Source of the DNA: Escherichia coli
Lineage (GTDB): Bacteria > Pseudomonadota > Gammaproteobacteria > Enterobacterales > Enterobacteriaceae
Strand: one strand, 5' to 3'
NCBI RefSeq assembly: GCF_024298765.1
Contig: NZ_CP101210.1
DNA length: 64,000 nt
The notes beneath the pieces are model-generated. The model was not told where the DNA came from. It did not search any database and saw only the letters and a list, made by a program, of their open reading frames with translations. Position numbers and translations under genes: made by a program. Of the stretch, positions 23,122 through 35,949 are shown one piece after another. The number at the start of each line of letters is the position of its first letter. Within the stretch, counting starts at the first letter, position 1.

Positions 23122-23910
23122 ATGCAGGCCGAAATCCTTCTCACCCTTAAGCTCCAACAAAAATTATTCGCCGACCCGCGCCGCATTTCGCTACTAAAAC
23201 ACATTGCGCTTTCCGGTTCCATTAGCCAGGGAGCGAAAGATGCCGGTATCAGCTATAAAAGCGCATGGGATGCCATTAACGAGATGAATCAGTTAAGTGA
23301 GCATATTCTGGTTGAGCGCGCAACAGGCGGTAAAGGTGGAGGCGGCGCAGTACTGACCCGCTATGGTCAGCGACTGATTCAGCTCTATGACTTACTGGCG
23401 CAAATCCAGCAAAAAGCCTTTGATGTGTTAAGTGACGATGACGCCCTGCCGCTGAACAGCCTGCTGGTCGCGATCTCACGTTTTTCACTGCAAACCAGCG
23501 CCCGTAACCAATGGTTTGGCACCATCACCGCCCGCGATCATGATGACGTTCAACAGCATGTTGATGTCTTACTGGCTGACGGAAAAACACGCCTGAAAGT
23601 CGCAATTACCGCACAAAGCGGCGCGCGTCTGGGGCTGGATGAAGGCAAAGAAGTGTTGATATTACTAAAAGCGCCGTGGGTAGGCATTACTCAGGACGAA
23701 GCGGTCGCACAAAACGCCGACAACCAATTACCGGGTATTATTAGCCATATTGAGCGCGGCGCAGAGCAGTGCGAAGTATTAATGGCGCTACCCGACGGGC
23801 AAACACTGTGCGCCACAGTGCCGGTAAATGAAGCGACTTCTCTTCAGCAAGGACAGAATGTCACGGCCTACTTTAATGCCGACAGCGTGATTATCGCCAC
23901 GCTGTGCTAA
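23122..23910 (+). CDS. modE: Molybdate-responsive regulator ModE
   Basis: 262-aa ORF MQAEILLTLKLQQKLFADPRRISLLKHIALSGSISQGAKDAGISYKSAWDAINEMN. Confidence 0.93.
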   Translation: MQAEILLTLKLQQKLFADPRRISLLKHIALSGSISQGAKDAGISYKSAWDAINEMNQLSEHILVERATGGKGGGGAVLTRYGQRLIQLYDLLAQIQQKAFDVLSDDDALPLNSLLVAISRFSLQTSARNQWFGTITARDHDDVQQHVDVLLADGKTRLKVAITAQSGARLGLDEGKEVLILLKAPWVGITQDEAVAQNADNQLPGIISHIERGAEQCEVLMALPDGQTLCATVPVNEATSLQQGQNVTAYFNADSVIIATLC

Positions 23911-23977
23911 GCGTGTTGACAATTTGTTATGAAACACGTATCCCTGTCAGTAATCGCTGCACAAAATGGGATATAAA

Positions 23978-25450
23978 ATGTCATCGTTGCAAATTTTGCA
24001 AGGCACGTTTCGTCTTAGCGACACAAAAACGCTGCAATTGCCTCAGCTAACGTTAAACGCGGGTGATAGTTGGGCGTTTGTCGGTTCGAATGGAAGCGGG
24101 AAATCGGCGCTGGCCCGCGCGCAGGCGGGGGAACTTCCGCTTTTGAAAGGTGAACGGCAAAGCCAGTTTTCCCACATCACTCGTCTCTCCTTCGAGCAAT
24201 TGCAAAAGCTCGTCAGCGACGAATGGCAGCGGAATAACACCGATATGCTCGGCCCTGGCGAAGATGACACCGGGCGTACCACGGCTGAAATCATTCAGGA
24301 TGAAGTAAAGGATGCACCGCGTTGCATGCAACTGGCGCAGCAGTTCGGTATTACCGCCCTCCTCGACCGACGCTTTAAATACCTTTCCACTGGCGAGACG
24401 CGAAAAACCCTGCTGTGTCAGGCGCTGATGTCGGAGCCTGACTTGTTGATTCTTGATGAGCCGTTCGATGGCCTGGATGTTGCCTCACGTCAGCAGCTGG
24501 CTGAGCTACTCGCCTCGTTACATCAGTCCGGTATTACTCTGGTACTGGTGCTCAATCGCTTCGATGAGATCCCGGAATTTGTCCAGTTTGCTGGCGTGCT
24601 GGCGGATTGTACGTTAGCGGAAACGGGCGCTAAAGAGGAACTGCTCCAGCAAGCACTCGTCGCGCAACTGGCACATAGCGAACAGCTTGAAGGTGTGCAA
24701 CTGCCGGAGCCGGATGAACCTTCAGCACGTCACGCCTTACCCGCCAACGAACCGCGCATTGTGCTGAACAACGGCGTGGTTTCTTATAACGATCGCCCCA
24801 TTCTTAATAACCTTAGCTGGCAGGTGAATCCAGGCGAGCACTGGCAAATTGTCGGGCCAAATGGCGCGGGAAAATCGACGTTATTAAGCCTGATTACTGG
24901 CGATCATCCGCAAGGTTACAGCAACGATTTGACGCTTTTCGGACGACGTCGCGGCAGCGGCGAAACCATCTGGGATATCAAAAAGCATATCGGTTACGTC
25001 AGCAGTAGTTTGCATCTGGATTACCGGGTCAGCACTACCGTGCGTAATGTGATCCTTTCTGGCTATTTTGATTCGATTGGCATTTATCAGGCCGTTTCGG
25101 ATCGCCAGCAAAAACTGGTGCAGCAGTGGCTGGATATTCTCGGCATTGATAAACGCACGGCTGACGCTCCGTTCCATAGTCTTTCCTGGGGACAGCAGCG
25201 TCTGGCGCTGATCGTCCGCGCGCTGGTGAAACATCCGACGTTGCTTATTCTCGATGAACCACTACAGGGGCTTGATCCGCTCAATCGCCAGCTTATCCGC
25301 CGGTTTGTTGATGTGCTGATTAGCGAAGGTGAAACGCAATTGTTGTTTGTTTCGCACCATGCTGAAGATGCGCCTGCCTGTATTACCCATCGTCTTGAGT
25401 TCGTGCCGGACGGTGACTTTTATCGCTATGCGCTGACAAAAATAAACTGA
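23978..25450 (+). CDS. modF: ModF ABC-type ATPase (two ATP-binding domains)
   Basis: Two Walker A motifs GSNGSGKS and GPNGAGKST; start at MSSLQILQG. Confidence 0.9.
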   Translation: MSSLQILQGTFRLSDTKTLQLPQLTLNAGDSWAFVGSNGSGKSALARAQAGELPLLKGERQSQFSHITRLSFEQLQKLVSDEWQRNNTDMLGPGEDDTGRTTAEIIQDEVKDAPRCMQLAQQFGITALLDRRFKYLSTGETRKTLLCQALMSEPDLLILDEPFDGLDVASRQQLAELLASLHQSGITLVLVLNRFDEIPEFVQFAGVLADCTLAETGAKEELLQQALVAQLAHSEQLEGVQLPEPDEPSARHALPANEPRIVLNNGVVSYNDRPILNNLSWQVNPGEHWQIVGPNGAGKSTLLSLITGDHPQGYSNDLTLFGRRRGSGETIWDIKKHIGYVSSSLHLDYRVSTTVRNVILSGYFDSIGIYQAVSDRQQKLVQQWLDILGIDKRTADAPFHSLSWGQQRLALIVRALVKHPTLLILDEPLQGLDPLNRQLIRRFVDVLISEGETQLLFVSHHAEDAPACITHRLEFVPDGDFYRYALTKIN

Positions 25451-25616
25451 GTCGGTAATGCTGACTGTACCGGAGGCGGCCTAAGCGCCCTCTCCGGCCT
25501 ACAGTTCGACGCATCCAGGCATGAAACCGCGACTTTTTTCAGATAAAAAGCTCAATCATTCATAAACCCTCTGTTTTATAATCCATTAATGGCGCATAAA
25601 AAACGGCTAAATTCTT

Positions 25617-25632
25617 GTGTAAACGATTCCAC
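25617..25632. promoter_or_regulatory. gal operator OE within P1/P2 promoter region (OI at about 25730..25745 inside galE)
   Basis: gtgtaaacgattccac upstream of galE; gtggtagcggttacat inside galE. Confidence 0.7.
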
Positions 25633-25710
25633 TAATTTATTCCATGTCACACTTTTCGCATCTTTGTTATGCTATGGTTATTTCATACCATAAGCCTAAT
25701 GGAGCGAATT

Positions 25711-26727
25711 ATGAGAGTTCTGGTTACCGGTGGTAGCGGTTACATTGGAAGTCATACCTGTGTGCAATTACTGCAAAACGGTCATGATGTCATCATTCTT
25801 GATAACCTCTGTAACAGTAAGCGCAGCGTACTGCCTGTTATCGAGCGTTTAGGCGGCAAACATCCAACGTTTGTTGAAGGCGATATCCGTAACGAAGCGT
25901 TGATGACCGAGATCCTGCACGATCACGCTATCGACACTGTGATCCACTTCGCCGGGCTGAAAGCCGTTGGCGAATCGGTACAAAAACCGCTTGAATATTA
26001 CGACAACAATGTCAACGGTACCCTGCGCCTGATTAGCGCCATGCGCGCCGCGAACGTCAAAAACTTTATTTTTAGCTCCTCCGCCACCGTCTATGGCGAT
26101 CAGCCCAAAATTCCATACGTTGAAAGCTTCCCGACCGGCACACCGCAAAGCCCTTACGGCAAAAGCAAACTGATGGTGGAACAGATCCTCACCGATCTGC
26201 AAAAAGCCCAGCCGGACTGGAGCATTGCCCTGCTGCGCTACTTCAACCCGGTTGGCGCGCATCCGTCGGGCGATATGGGCGAAGATCCGCAAGGCATTCC
26301 GAATAACCTGATGCCATACATCGCCCAGGTTGCTGTAGGCCGTCGCGACTCGCTGGCGATTTTTGGTAACGATTATCCGACCGAAGACGGTACTGGCGTA
26401 CGCGATTACATCCACGTAATGGATCTGGCGGACGGTCACGTCGTGGCGATGGAAAAACTGGCGAACAAGCCAGGCGTACACATCTATAACCTCGGCGCTG
26501 GCGTAGGCAGCAGCGTGCTGGACGTGGTTAATGCCTTCAGCAAAGCCTGCGGCAAACCGGTTAATTATCATTTTGCACCGCGTCGCGAGGGCGACCTTCC
26601 GGCCTACTGGGCGGACGCCAGCAAAGCCGACCGTGAACTGAACTGGCGCGTAACGCGCACACTCGATGAAATGGCGCAGGACACCTGGCACTGGCAGTCA
26701 CGCCATCCACAGGGATATCCCGATTAA
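25711..26727 (+). CDS. galE: UDP-glucose 4-epimerase
   Basis: MRVLVTGGSGYIGSHTCVQLLQNGHDVIILDNLCNSKRSVL...; 338 aa. Confidence 0.96.
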   Translation: MRVLVTGGSGYIGSHTCVQLLQNGHDVIILDNLCNSKRSVLPVIERLGGKHPTFVEGDIRNEALMTEILHDHAIDTVIHFAGLKAVGESVQKPLEYYDNNVNGTLRLISAMRAANVKNFIFSSSATVYGDQPKIPYVESFPTGTPQSPYGKSKLMVEQILTDLQKAQPDWSIALLRYFNPVGAHPSGDMGEDPQGIPNNLMPYIAQVAVGRRDSLAIFGNDYPTEDGTGVRDYIHVMDLADGHVVAMEKLANKPGVHIYNLGAGVGSSVLDVVNAFSKACGKPVNYHFAPRREGDLPAYWADASKADRELNWRVTRTLDEMAQDTWHWQSRHPQGYPD

Positions 26728-26736
26728 GGAACGACC

Positions 26737-27783
26737 ATGACGCAATTTAATCCCGTTGATCATCCACATCGCCGCTACAACCCGCTCACCGGGCAATGGA
26801 TTCTGGTTTCACCGCACCGCGCTAAGCGCCCCTGGCAGGGGGCGCAGGAAACGCCAGCCAAACAGGTGTTACCTGCTCATGATCCAGATTGCTTCCTCTG
26901 CGCAGGTAATGTGCGGGTGACAGGCGATAAAAACCCCGATTACACCGGGACTTACGTTTTCACTAATGACTTTGCGGCTTTGATGTCTGACACACCAGAT
27001 GCGCCGGAAAGTCACGATCCGCTGATGCGTTGCCAGAGCGCGCGTGGCACCAGTCGGGTGATCTGCTTTTCACCGGATCACAGCAAAACGTTGCCAGAAC
27101 TCAGCGTTGCGGCATTGACGGAAATCGTCAAAACCTGGCAGGAGCAAACCGCAGAACTGGGGAAAACGTACCCATGGGTGCAGGTCTTTGAAAACAAAGG
27201 CGCGGCGATGGGCTGCTCTAACCCGCATCCGCACGGACAGATTTGGGCAAATAGCTTCCTGCCTAACGAAGCTGAGCGCGAAGACCGTCTGCAAAAAGAA
27301 TATTTCGCCGAACAGAAATCGCCAATGCTGGTGGATTATGTTCAGCGCGAGCTGGCAGACGGTAGCCGTACCGTTGTCGAAACCGAACACTGGTTAGCCG
27401 TTGTACCTTACTGGGCTGCCTGGCCGTTCGAAACGCTACTGCTGCCCAAAGCCCACGTTTTACGGATCACCGATTTGACCGACGCCCAGCGCAGCGATTT
27501 GGCACTGGCGTTGAAAAAGCTGACCAGTCGTTATGACAACCTCTTCCAGTGCTCCTTCCCCTACTCTATGGGCTGGCACGGCGCGCCATTTAATGGCGAA
27601 GAGAATCAACACTGGCAGCTGCACGCGCACTTTTATCCGCCTCTGTTGCGCTCTGCCACCGTACGTAAATTTATGGTTGGTTATGAAATGCTGGCAGAAA
27701 CCCAGCGAGACCTGACCGCAGAACAGGCCGCAGAGCGTTTGCGCGCAGTCAGCGATATCCATTTTCGCGAATCCGGAGTGTAA
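26737..27783 (+). CDS. galT: Galactose-1-phosphate uridylyltransferase
   Basis: 348-aa [38 protein letters not shown]. Confidence 0.96.
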
Positions 27784-27786
27784 GAA

Positions 27787-28935
27787 ATGAGTCTGAAAGA
27801 AAAAACACAATCTCTGTTTGCCAACGCATTTGGCTACCCTGCCACTCACACCATTCAGGCGCCTGGCCGCGTGAATTTGATTGGTGAACACACCGACTAC
27901 AACGACGGTTTCGTTCTGCCCTGCGCGATTGATTATCAAACCGTGATCAGTTGTGCACCACGCGATGACCGTAAAGTTCGCGTGATGGCAGCCGATTATG
28001 AAAATCAGCTCGACGAGTTTTCCCTCGATGCGACCATTGTCGCGCATGAAAACTATCAATGGGCTAACTACGTTCGTGGCGTGGTGAAACATCTGCAACT
28101 GCGTAACAACAGCTTCGGCGGCGTGGACATGGTGATCAGCGGCAATGTGCCGCAGGGTGCCGGGTTAAGTTCTTCCGCTTCACTGGAAGTCGCGGTCGGA
28201 ACCGTATTGCAGCAGCTTTATCATTTGCCGCTGGACGGCGCACAAATCGCGCTTAACGGTCAGGAAGCAGAAAACCAGTTTGTTGGCTGTAACTGCGGGA
28301 TCATGGATCAGCTAATTTCCGCACTCGGCAAGAAAGATCATGCCTTGCTGATTGACTGCCGCTCACTGGGGACTAAAGCAGTTTCCATGCCGAAAGGTGT
28401 GGCTGTCGTCATCATTAACAGTAACTTCAAACGTACCCTGGTTGGCAGCGAATACAACACCCGTCGTGAACAGTGCGAAACTGGTGCGCGTTTCTTCCAG
28501 CAGCCAGCGCTGCGCGATGTCACCATTGAAGAGTTCAACGCTGTTGCGCATGAACTGGACCCAATCGTGGCGAAACGCGTGCGTCATATCCTGACTGAAA
28601 ACGCCCGCACCGTTGAAGCTGCCAGCGCACTGGAGCAAGGCGACCTGAAACGTATGGGCGAGTTGATGGCGGAGTCTCATGCCTCTATGCGCGATGATTT
28701 CGAAATCACCGTGCCGCAAATTGACACTCTGGTAGAAATCGTCAAAGCTGTGATTGGCGACAAAGGTGGCGTACGCATGACCGGCGGCGGATTTGGCGGC
28801 TGTATCGTCGCGCTGATCCCGGAAGAGCTGGTGCCTGCCGTACAGCAAGCTGTCGCTGAACAATATGAAGCAAAAACAGGTATTAAAGAGACTTTTTACG
28901 TTTGTAAACCATCACAAGGAGCAGGACAGTGCTGA
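27787..28935 (+). CDS. galK: Galactokinase
   Basis: 382-aa [52 protein letters not shown]. Confidence 0.96.
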   Translation: MSLKEKTQSLFANAFGYPATHTIQAPGRVNLIGEHTDYNDGFVLPCAIDYQTVISCAPRDDRKVRVMAADYENQLDEFSLDATIVAHENYQWANYVRGVVKHLQLRNNSFGGVDMVISGNVPQGAGLSSSASLEVAVGTVLQQLYHLPLDGAQIALNGQEAENQFVGCNCGIMDQLISALGKKDHALLIDCRSLGTKAVSMPKGVAVVIINSNFKRTLVGSEYNTRREQCETGARFFQQPALRDVTIEEFNAVAHELDPIVAKRVRHILTENARTVEAASALEQGDLKRMGELMAESHASMRDDFEITVPQIDTLVEIVKAVIGDKGGVRMTGGGFGGCIVALIPEELVPAVQQAVAEQYEAKTGIKETFYVCKPSQGAGQC

Positions 28936-29969
28936 ACGAAACTCCCGCACTGGCACCCGATGGTCAGCCGTACCGACTGTTAACTTTGCGTAACAACGCA
29001 GGGATGGTAGTCACGCTGATGGACTGGGGTGCGACTTTACTTTCCGCCCGTATTCCGTTTTCCGATGGCAGCGTCCGCGAGGCGCTGCTCGGCTGTGCCA
29101 GCCCGGAATGCTATCAGGATCAGGCCGCATTTCTGGGGGCCTCTATTGGTCGTTATGCCAACCGTATCGCCAATAGCCGTTATACCTTTGACGGTGAAAC
29201 CGTGACGCTTTCACCAAGTCAGGGCGTTAACCAGCTGCACGGCGGCCCGGAAGGGTTCGACAAACGTCGCTGGCAGATTGTGAACCAGAACGATCGTCAG
29301 GTGCTGTTTGCCCTGAGTTCAGATGATGGCGATCAGGGCTTCCCGGGTAATCTCGGAGCGACGGTACAATATCGTCTGACCGACGATAACCGTATCTCTA
29401 TTACTTATCGCGCCACAGTTGATAAACCTTGCCCGGTGAATATGACTAATCACGTCTATTTCAATCTTGACGGCGAGCAGTCTGACGTGCGCAATCACAA
29501 GTTGCAGATTCTGGCGGACGAATATCTGCCGGTTGATGAAGGCGGCATTCCCCACGACGGCCTGAAATCTGTCGCCGGAACGTCTTTTGATTTCCGCAGC
29601 GCCAAAATCATCGCCAGTGAGTTTCTTGCCGACGACGATCAGCGCAAAGTGAAAGGTTACGATCACGCGTTCTTGTTACAGGCCAAAGGCGATGGCAAGA
29701 AAGTGGCGGCGCATGTCTGGTCAGCAGATGAAAAATTGCAGCTGAAGGTCTACACCACCGCTCCGGCTCTGCAATTCTACTCCGGCAACTACCTCGGCGG
29801 CACACCGTCGCGGGGAACCGAACCTTACACCGACTGGCAAGGGCTGGCGTTGGAAAGCGAGTTTCTGCCGGACAGCCCGAACCACCCTGAATGGCCGCAA
29901 CCGGACTGTTTCCTGCGTCCTGGCGAAGAGTATTCCAGCCTGACGGAATATCAGTTTATTGCTCAGTAA
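28929..29969 (+). CDS. galM: Galactose mutarotase (aldose 1-epimerase)
   Basis: 346-aa [46 protein letters not shown]. Confidence 0.95.
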   Translation: MLNETPALAPDGQPYRLLTLRNNAGMVVTLMDWGATLLSARIPFSDGSVREALLGCASPECYQDQAAFLGASIGRYANRIANSRYTFDGETVTLSPSQGVNQLHGGPEGFDKRRWQIVNQNDRQVLFALSSDDGDQGFPGNLGATVQYRLTDDNRISITYRATVDKPCPVNMTNHVYFNLDGEQSDVRNHKLQILADEYLPVDEGGIPHDGLKSVAGTSFDFRSAKIIASEFLADDDQRKVKGYDHAFLLQAKGDGKKVAAHVWSADEKLQLKVYTTAPALQFYSGNYLGGTPSRGTEPYTDWQGLALESEFLPDSPNHPEWPQPDCFLRPGEEYSSLTEYQFIAQ

Positions 29970-30171
29970 TGTTAAGCCCTCGTCATGAGGGCTTTATCTT
30001 CATATTGTTCAAATCACCAGCAAACACCGACATATTTGCAACTCAATATTCACAACAACCTTACACTGCGACACTATTTTCGCTATGGTTATGCGTAAGC
30101 ATTGCTGTTGCTTCGTCACGGCAATATAATGAGAATTATTATCATTAAAAGATGATTTGAGGAGTAAGTAT

Positions 30172-30924
30172 ATGGCTGTAACTAAGCTGGTTCTGGTTCG
30201 TCATGGCGAAAGTCAGTGGAACAAAGAAAACCGTTTCACCGGTTGGTACGACGTGGATCTGTCTGAGAAAGGCGTAAGCGAAGCAAAAGCAGCAGGTAAG
30301 CTGCTGAAAGAGGAAGGTTACAGCTTTGACTTTGCTTACACCTCTGTGCTGAAACGCGCTATCCATACCCTGTGGAATGTGCTGGACGAACTGGATCAGG
30401 CATGGCTGCCCGTTGAGAAATCCTGGAAACTGAACGAACGTCACTACGGTGCGTTGCAGGGTCTGAACAAAGCAGAAACCGCTGAAAAGTATGGCGACGA
30501 GCAGGTGAAACAGTGGCGTCGTGGTTTTGCAGTGACTCCGCCGGAACTGACTAAAGATGATGAGCGTTATCCGGGTCACGATCCACGTTACGCGAAGCTG
30601 AGCGAGAAAGAACTGCCGCTGACGGAAAGCCTGGCGCTGACCATTGACCGCGTGATCCCTTACTGGAATGAAACCATTCTGCCGCGTATGAAGAGCGGTG
30701 AGCGCGTAATCATCGCTGCACACGGTAACTCGTTACGTGCGCTGGTGAAATATCTTGATAACATGAGCGAAGAAGAGATTCTTGAGCTGAATATCCCGAC
30801 CGGCGTGCCGCTGGTTTATGAGTTTGACGAGAACTTCAAACCGCTGAAACGCTATTATCTGGGTAATGCTGACGAGATCGCGGCGAAAGCAGCAGCCGTT
30901 GCGAACCAGGGTAAAGCGAAGTAA
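30172..30924 (+). CDS. gpmA: 2,3-bisphosphoglycerate-dependent phosphoglycerate mutase
   Basis: [34 protein letters not shown]; 250 aa. Confidence 0.96.
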
Positions 30925-30949
30925 ACGTCATTCGTTTAAAAATGAGAAA

Positions 30950-30977
30950 GCCGACTGCAAGTGAGTCGGCTTTTTTG
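30950..30977 (+). terminator. gpmA rho-independent terminator
   Basis: gccgactgcaagtgagtcggc hairpin followed by ttttttg. Confidence 0.75.
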
Positions 30978-31071
30978 TTTGTCGTTGCTAACAATGGAGC
31001 ACATTGCCTGATGCTACGCTGCGCGTCTTATCAGGGCTGCAAACGTACAGTCATGGCGATTCGACTATAAA

Positions 31072-32124
31072 TTACCCGCGACGCGCTTTTACTGCATTCG
31101 CCAGTTGACGTAACAGAGCATCGGTATCATCCCAGCCAATGCAGGCATCGGTGATGCTCTTACCATAGGCCAGCGGTTCCCCACTCTCGAGGCTCTGATT
31201 GCCTTCCACCAGATGGCTTTCCACCATCACGCCAATAATAGCCTTTTCGCCACCGGCAATCTGCTGGCAAACGTCAGCACAAACATCCATCTGCTTTTTG
31301 AATTGTTTTGACGAGTTAGCATGGCTGAAATCGATCATCACCTGTGCTGGCAGGCCTGCTTTGTTCAGCCCTTCTTTCACTTCAGCAACGTGCTTCGCGC
31401 TGTAGTTAGGCTCTTTACCGCCGCGCAGAATGATATGGCAATCGCCGTTACCGCTGGTATTCACAATCGCCGAATGCCCCCATTTCGTTACGGACAGGAA
31501 GCAGTGCGGCGCACCGGCGGCATTAATGGCATCGATAGCCACTTTAATCGTACCGTCGGTGCCATTTTTGAAGCCGACCGGACAAGAAAGCCCTGATGCC
31601 AGTTCGCGGTGCACCTGCGATTCGGTGGTACGTGCGCCAATTGCGCCCCAGCTCATCAGGTCAGCGAGATATTGTGGGGTGATCATATCCAGGAATTCAC
31701 CCGCCGCTGGCAGACCGCTGTCGTTAATATCGAGCAGCAATTTGCGGGCAATACGCAGACCATCGTTGATCTGGAAGCTGTTATCCATATGCGGATCGTT
31801 AATCAGCCCTTTCCAGCCCACCGTAGTACGCGGCTTTTCAAAATAGACGCGCATCACGATTTCCAGCTCATCTTGCAACTCTTCACGCAGCGTCAGCAAG
31901 CGAGTGGCATACTCTTTCGCCGCGACAGGATCATGAATTGAGCACGGACCAATCACCACCAACAGGCGATCATCATTACCTTTCAGGATCTTATGGATCG
32001 CTTTTCGGGCATGGGCGACCGTATTCGCGGCATTTTCAGTAGCGGGGAATTTTTCCAGCAATGCGACAGGAGGAAGTAACTCTTTGATTTCTTTGATGCG
32101 TAAATCGTCGTTCTGATAATTCAT
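31072..32124 (-). CDS. aroG: DAHP synthase, Phe-sensitive
   Basis: 350-aa ORF MNYQNDDLRIKEIKELLPPVALLEKFPATENAANTVAHARKAIHKILKGNDDRLLVVIGPCSIHDP. Confidence 0.96.
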   Translation of the reverse strand: MNYQNDDLRIKEIKELLPPVALLEKFPATENAANTVAHARKAIHKILKGNDDRLLVVIGPCSIHDPVAAKEYATRLLTLREELQDELEIVMRVYFEKPRTTVGWKGLINDPHMDNSFQINDGLRIARKLLLDINDSGLPAAGEFLDMITPQYLADLMSWGAIGARTTESQVHRELASGLSCPVGFKNGTDGTIKVAIDAINAAGAPHCFLSVTKWGHSAIVNTSGNGDCHIILRGGKEPNYSAKHVAEVKEGLNKAGLPAQVMIDFSHANSSKQFKKQMDVCADVCQQIAGGEKAIIGVMVESHLVEGNQSLESGEPLAYGKSITDACIGWDDTDALLRQLANAVKARRG

Positions 32125-32194
32125 GTCTGTTCCAGTGTTGCCATACTTATCTTAGTGAATGCAATACTTCCAATCTATATCTTCCGTCAGAATG

Positions 32195-32212
32195 TGTAAA
32201 CGGGGTTTTACA
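32195..32212. promoter_or_regulatory. TyrR box (TGTAAA-N6-TTTACA) in aroG promoter
   Basis: tgtaaacggggttttaca upstream of aroG. Confidence 0.7.
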
Positions 32213-32439
32213 CTATGAACGGATTAATCCTGGAATTAGCAAGAAAAACGCCAGATTGTCGCGAAAAACGAGATCTCTCCTACAATTTCTAACTGTAACT
32301 CCTTTGTTTGTTAATTATTTCAAGATTCTCTGCTGGGTATCTTTGCCTGGCTGAAATCTTAAACCATTGCCTTATATTCACCTGCAAATGCACTGTTGGA
32401 AGAGGTTATCCGACATAACGACCATAACAGGAGCATCCT

Positions 32440-32820
32440 ATGAAAATGACAAAACTGGCCACACTATTTTTGACTGCCACTCTAAGCCTTGCCAGCGGTG
32501 CCGCACTGGCTGCCGATAGCGGAGCGCAAAGCAATAACGGCCAGGCAAACGCCGCAGCTGATGCGGGCCAGGTAGCCCCTGACGCCCGTGAAAATGTCGC
32601 GCCAAATAACGTCGACAATAACGGGGTAAATACCGGTTCTGGAGGCACAATGCTGCATCCGGATGGTTCTTCAATGAACAACGACGGCATGACCAAAGAT
32701 GAAGAGCACAAGAACACCATGTGCAAAGATGGTCGCTGCCCGGATATCAATAAAAAAGTCCAAACCGGTGATGGCATCAACAATGATGTCGATACCAAAA
32801 CCGACGGTACCACGCAGTAA
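32440..32820 (+). CDS. ybgS: YbgS periplasmic protein
   Basis: 126-aa ORF with signal peptide [24 protein letters not shown]. Confidence 0.88.
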   Translation: MKMTKLATLFLTATLSLASGAALAADSGAQSNNGQANAAADAGQVAPDARENVAPNNVDNNGVNTGSGGTMLHPDGSSMNNDGMTKDEEHKNTMCKDGRCPDINKKVQTGDGINNDVDTKTDGTTQ

Positions 32821-32933
32821 CCCTGCGAAATAGCCAATAATGGGAGAGCGGAGTCTCTCCCTTTTAATTTTTCCCTTCTAAAAGCAGTATGATGTCATAA
32901 AGTTAAGTGAGAATAATTAAGGGATGACTCGTC

Positions 32934-33875
32934 ATGGCGCACTCACACTCACACACTTCCTCACACCTGCCAGAAGATAATAATGCTCGTCGCTTGTTAT
33001 ATGCTTTCGGCGTGACTGCCGGGTTTATGCTCGTAGAAGTCATTGGTGGTTTTCTTTCCGGTTCTCTGGCATTGCTGGCCGATGCGGGTCATATGTTGAC
33101 CGATACTGCCGCCCTGCTTTTCGCCCTACTCGCAGTGCAATTTTCCCGTCGTCCTCCCACCATTCGCCACACTTTCGGTTGGCTAAGATTGACCACGCTC
33201 GCGGCGTTTGTGAATGCCATCGCCCTGGTGGTGATTACTATTTTGATTGTCTGGGAGGCGATAGAACGCTTCCGCACTCCGCGTCCGGTCGAGGGCGGCA
33301 TGATGATGGCAATTGCCGTGGCTGGGCTGCTGGCAAATATACTTTCTTTCTGGTTACTTCATCACGGCAGCGAAGAGAAAAACCTCAACGTGCGAGCAGC
33401 GGCACTGCATGTGCTCGGGGACCTGCTGGGTTCGGTTGGGGCTATTATTGCCGCGTTGATTATTATCTGGACCGGCTGGACACCTGCTGACCCCATTCTC
33501 TCAATACTGGTGTCGCTTCTGGTTCTGCGTAGCGCGTGGCGACTGTTGAAAGATAGCGTGAATGAATTACTTGAAGGTGCACCGGTATCGCTGGATATCG
33601 CCGAACTGAAGCGTCGTATGTGCCGGGAAATCCCGGAAGTCCGCAATGTGCACCATGTGCATGTATGGATGGTAGGCGAGAAGCCGGTGATGACGCTGCA
33701 TGTGCAGGTGATCCCGCCACACGATCACGATGCCTTGTTAGATCAGATCCAACACTACCTGATGGATCACTATCAGATTGAGCACGCCACTATTCAGATG
33801 GAATATCAACCTTGTCATGGGCCAGACTGCCACCTGAATGAAGGGGTGTCTGGCCATTCACATCATCACCATTAA
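32934..33875 (+). CDS. zitB: Zinc efflux cation diffusion facilitator ZitB
   Basis: 313-aa CDF transporter ORF with His-rich ends. Confidence 0.93.
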   Translation: MAHSHSHTSSHLPEDNNARRLLYAFGVTAGFMLVEVIGGFLSGSLALLADAGHMLTDTAALLFALLAVQFSRRPPTIRHTFGWLRLTTLAAFVNAIALVVITILIVWEAIERFRTPRPVEGGMMMAIAVAGLLANILSFWLLHHGSEEKNLNVRAAALHVLGDLLGSVGAIIAALIIIWTGWTPADPILSILVSLLVLRSAWRLLKDSVNELLEGAPVSLDIAELKRRMCREIPEVRNVHHVHVWMVGEKPVMTLHVQVIPPHDHDALLDQIQHYLMDHYQIEHATIQMEYQPCHGPDCHLNEGVSGHSHHHH

Positions 33876-34591
33876 TGGGACAGCGCGCGTGAACCTCTTT
33901 CGCGTGCGCTGTTGATCCACATCCGGCTGCCGTTGAGGGCAATAAAGGTCAGGATGATGTACTCCAGAGACATGGCGTAAACGCCCTGAAGTGCAAAAAT
34001 AACGACGCTAATCACGTTAATAATCACCCACAACAGCCAGTTTTCCACATACTTACGCGTCATCAGAATCATTGCCACGATAGATAACACCATCATGCAT
34101 GAATCCCAGAACGGGAAAGCGTCCGGCTGTAGTTCAGGCATCGCAACCTGTAATCCTAATGCTTGCATGATCATGACTGCCACGCGGGTCAAAAATGCAA
34201 ACACCGGATTGATAAATACTGTCATCAGACCAATCGAAACAACGCAAACCGCTAACCAGCTTAGCGCCTTCGGCAATGGCAACCAGCGAATTTTCAACTC
34301 CGCCTCGTTCTGACTGGTTTGTCGCGACCACGCATACCAGCCGTAAATATTCGCGGCAAAGAAAAACACCTGTAATAGCAGGCTGGCATACAGCTGAATC
34401 TGAAAGAAAATAATGCCAAACAAGGTGACGTTGATCAGGCCAAAGAAGTAGTTGCTGATCTTCTCCAGACTGGCAAGGCCAATACACAGCAACCCGGCGA
34501 TCGTGCCTACCGCTTCGATCCATGAGAGATCATAACCGCCTGCACCTATTGGTATATGTACCAGGATATTCTGCACACTAAAAAAATCCAT
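33872..34591 (-). CDS. pnuC: Nicotinamide riboside transporter PnuC
   Basis: 239-aa membrane ORF downstream of nadA. Confidence 0.93.
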   Translation of the reverse strand: MDFFSVQNILVHIPIGAGGYDLSWIEAVGTIAGLLCIGLASLEKISNYFFGLINVTLFGIIFFQIQLYASLLLQVFFFAANIYGWYAWSRQTSQNEAELKIRWLPLPKALSWLAVCVVSIGLMTVFINPVFAFLTRVAVMIMQALGLQVAMPELQPDAFPFWDSCMMVLSIVAMILMTRKYVENWLLWVIINVISVVIFALQGVYAMSLEYIILTFIALNGSRMWINSARERGSRALSH

Positions 34592-34628
34592 CTTTCCCCC
34601 AAAGCGTAACGTTACGCCTTATTATTCG

Positions 34629-35672
34629 TTATCCACGTAGTGTAGCCGCAAAATCCAGCATACGATTGAGCGGCACCAGCGCCCTCTCTCGCAGCCTTTC
34701 ATCAACATGAACCTCGTGATTGCTTCCTTCCTGTTCTAATGCCTCTGCGATGGCCTGAAGGCCATTCATGGCCATCCACGGACAATGCGCGCAGCTGCGG
34801 CAGGTTGCACCCTCACCCGCGGTTGGTGCTTCCAGTAACTCTTTATCTGGCACCGCCTGCTGCATTTTGTAGAAAATGCCCCGATCGGTTGCCACGATAA
34901 GCCGCTGATGTGGCAATGTTTTCGCAGCAGCGATCAGTTGACTGGTGGAACCGACCGCATCCGCCATATCGACAATAGCTTGTGGTGATTCTGGATGCAC
35001 CAGTATGGCAGCATCCGGGTATTCTTCTTGCAAGCGGGTTAACGCCTGAGTCTTAAATTCATCATGCACAATGCAGGCACCCTGCCAGCATAAAATGTCT
35101 GCGCCCGTCTGTTTTTGCACGTAACGCCCCAGATGTTTGTCGGGTGCCCAGATGATTTTTTCACCCAAACTATCCAGATGATCAATAAGTTCGACGGCAA
35201 TGCTTGAAGTTACCACCCAATCTGCGCGCGCTTTTACCGCAGCAGAAGTGTTGGCGTAGACGACGACAGTACGATCGGGATGGGCATCGCAAAATGCGTT
35301 AAATTCTTCAACAGGGCAGCCGAGATCCAGTGAACATTCAGCCTGAAGTGTCGGCATCAGAATTGTTTTTTCCGGACTGAGAATTTTGGCGGTTTCTCCC
35401 ATAAATCTCACCCCAGCGACTAATAACGTAGAAGCGGGATGCTTTGCACCGAAGCGCGCCATTTCCAGAGAATCAGAAATACAGCCACCGGTTTCTTCTG
35501 CCAGTTGTTGAATTTCGGGATCGGTATAGTAGTGGGCAACCATCACCGCATTACGTTCTTTTAGCAGACGTTTTATCTTCTCACGGTAATACGCTTTTTC
35601 ATCAATGCTTAACGGCGTCGGCTTCGGGGGGAAAGGATAAATCGCCGTGTCTGGATCAAACATCACGCTCAT
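34629..35672 (-). CDS. nadA: Quinolinate synthase
   Basis: 347-aa [66 protein letters not shown]. Confidence 0.96.
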   Translation of the reverse strand: MSVMFDPDTAIYPFPPKPTPLSIDEKAYYREKIKRLLKERNAVMVAHYYTDPEIQQLAEETGGCISDSLEMARFGAKHPASTLLVAGVRFMGETAKILSPEKTILMPTLQAECSLDLGCPVEEFNAFCDAHPDRTVVVYANTSAAVKARADWVVTSSIAVELIDHLDSLGEKIIWAPDKHLGRYVQKQTGADILCWQGACIVHDEFKTQALTRLQEEYPDAAILVHPESPQAIVDMADAVGSTSQLIAAAKTLPHQRLIVATDRGIFYKMQQAVPDKELLEAPTAGEGATCRSCAHCPWMAMNGLQAIAEALEQEGSNHEVHVDERLRERALVPLNRMLDFAATLRG

Positions 35673-35916
35673 CTTACCATCTCGTTTTACAGGCTTAACG
35701 TTAAAACCGACATGAGCGTAATATTCGCTGTTATCGGTGAAATTTGTTTTATATGCTAAACAAGATAGTCGAATGGTGGGGAAAAGTCACTCGAATTACG
35801 TATGAGATGCCGAATGCCACACTTTGCGTCTTATTCCTCCGACGTAGAGTTGTTTACGCAGCAAACGCGGAGTATGTCATCAGGGTCAAGAATTGAAATT
35901 GAGAGATGCCTGAATA

Positions 35917-35947
35917 GCAAAAAAGCGCCTTTAGGGCGCTTTTTTGC
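35917..35947. terminator. Bidirectional rho-independent terminator (end of lysT tRNA operon)
   Basis: A-run, aagcgcc..ggcgctt hairpin, T-run. Confidence 0.7.
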
Positions 35948-35949
35948 AT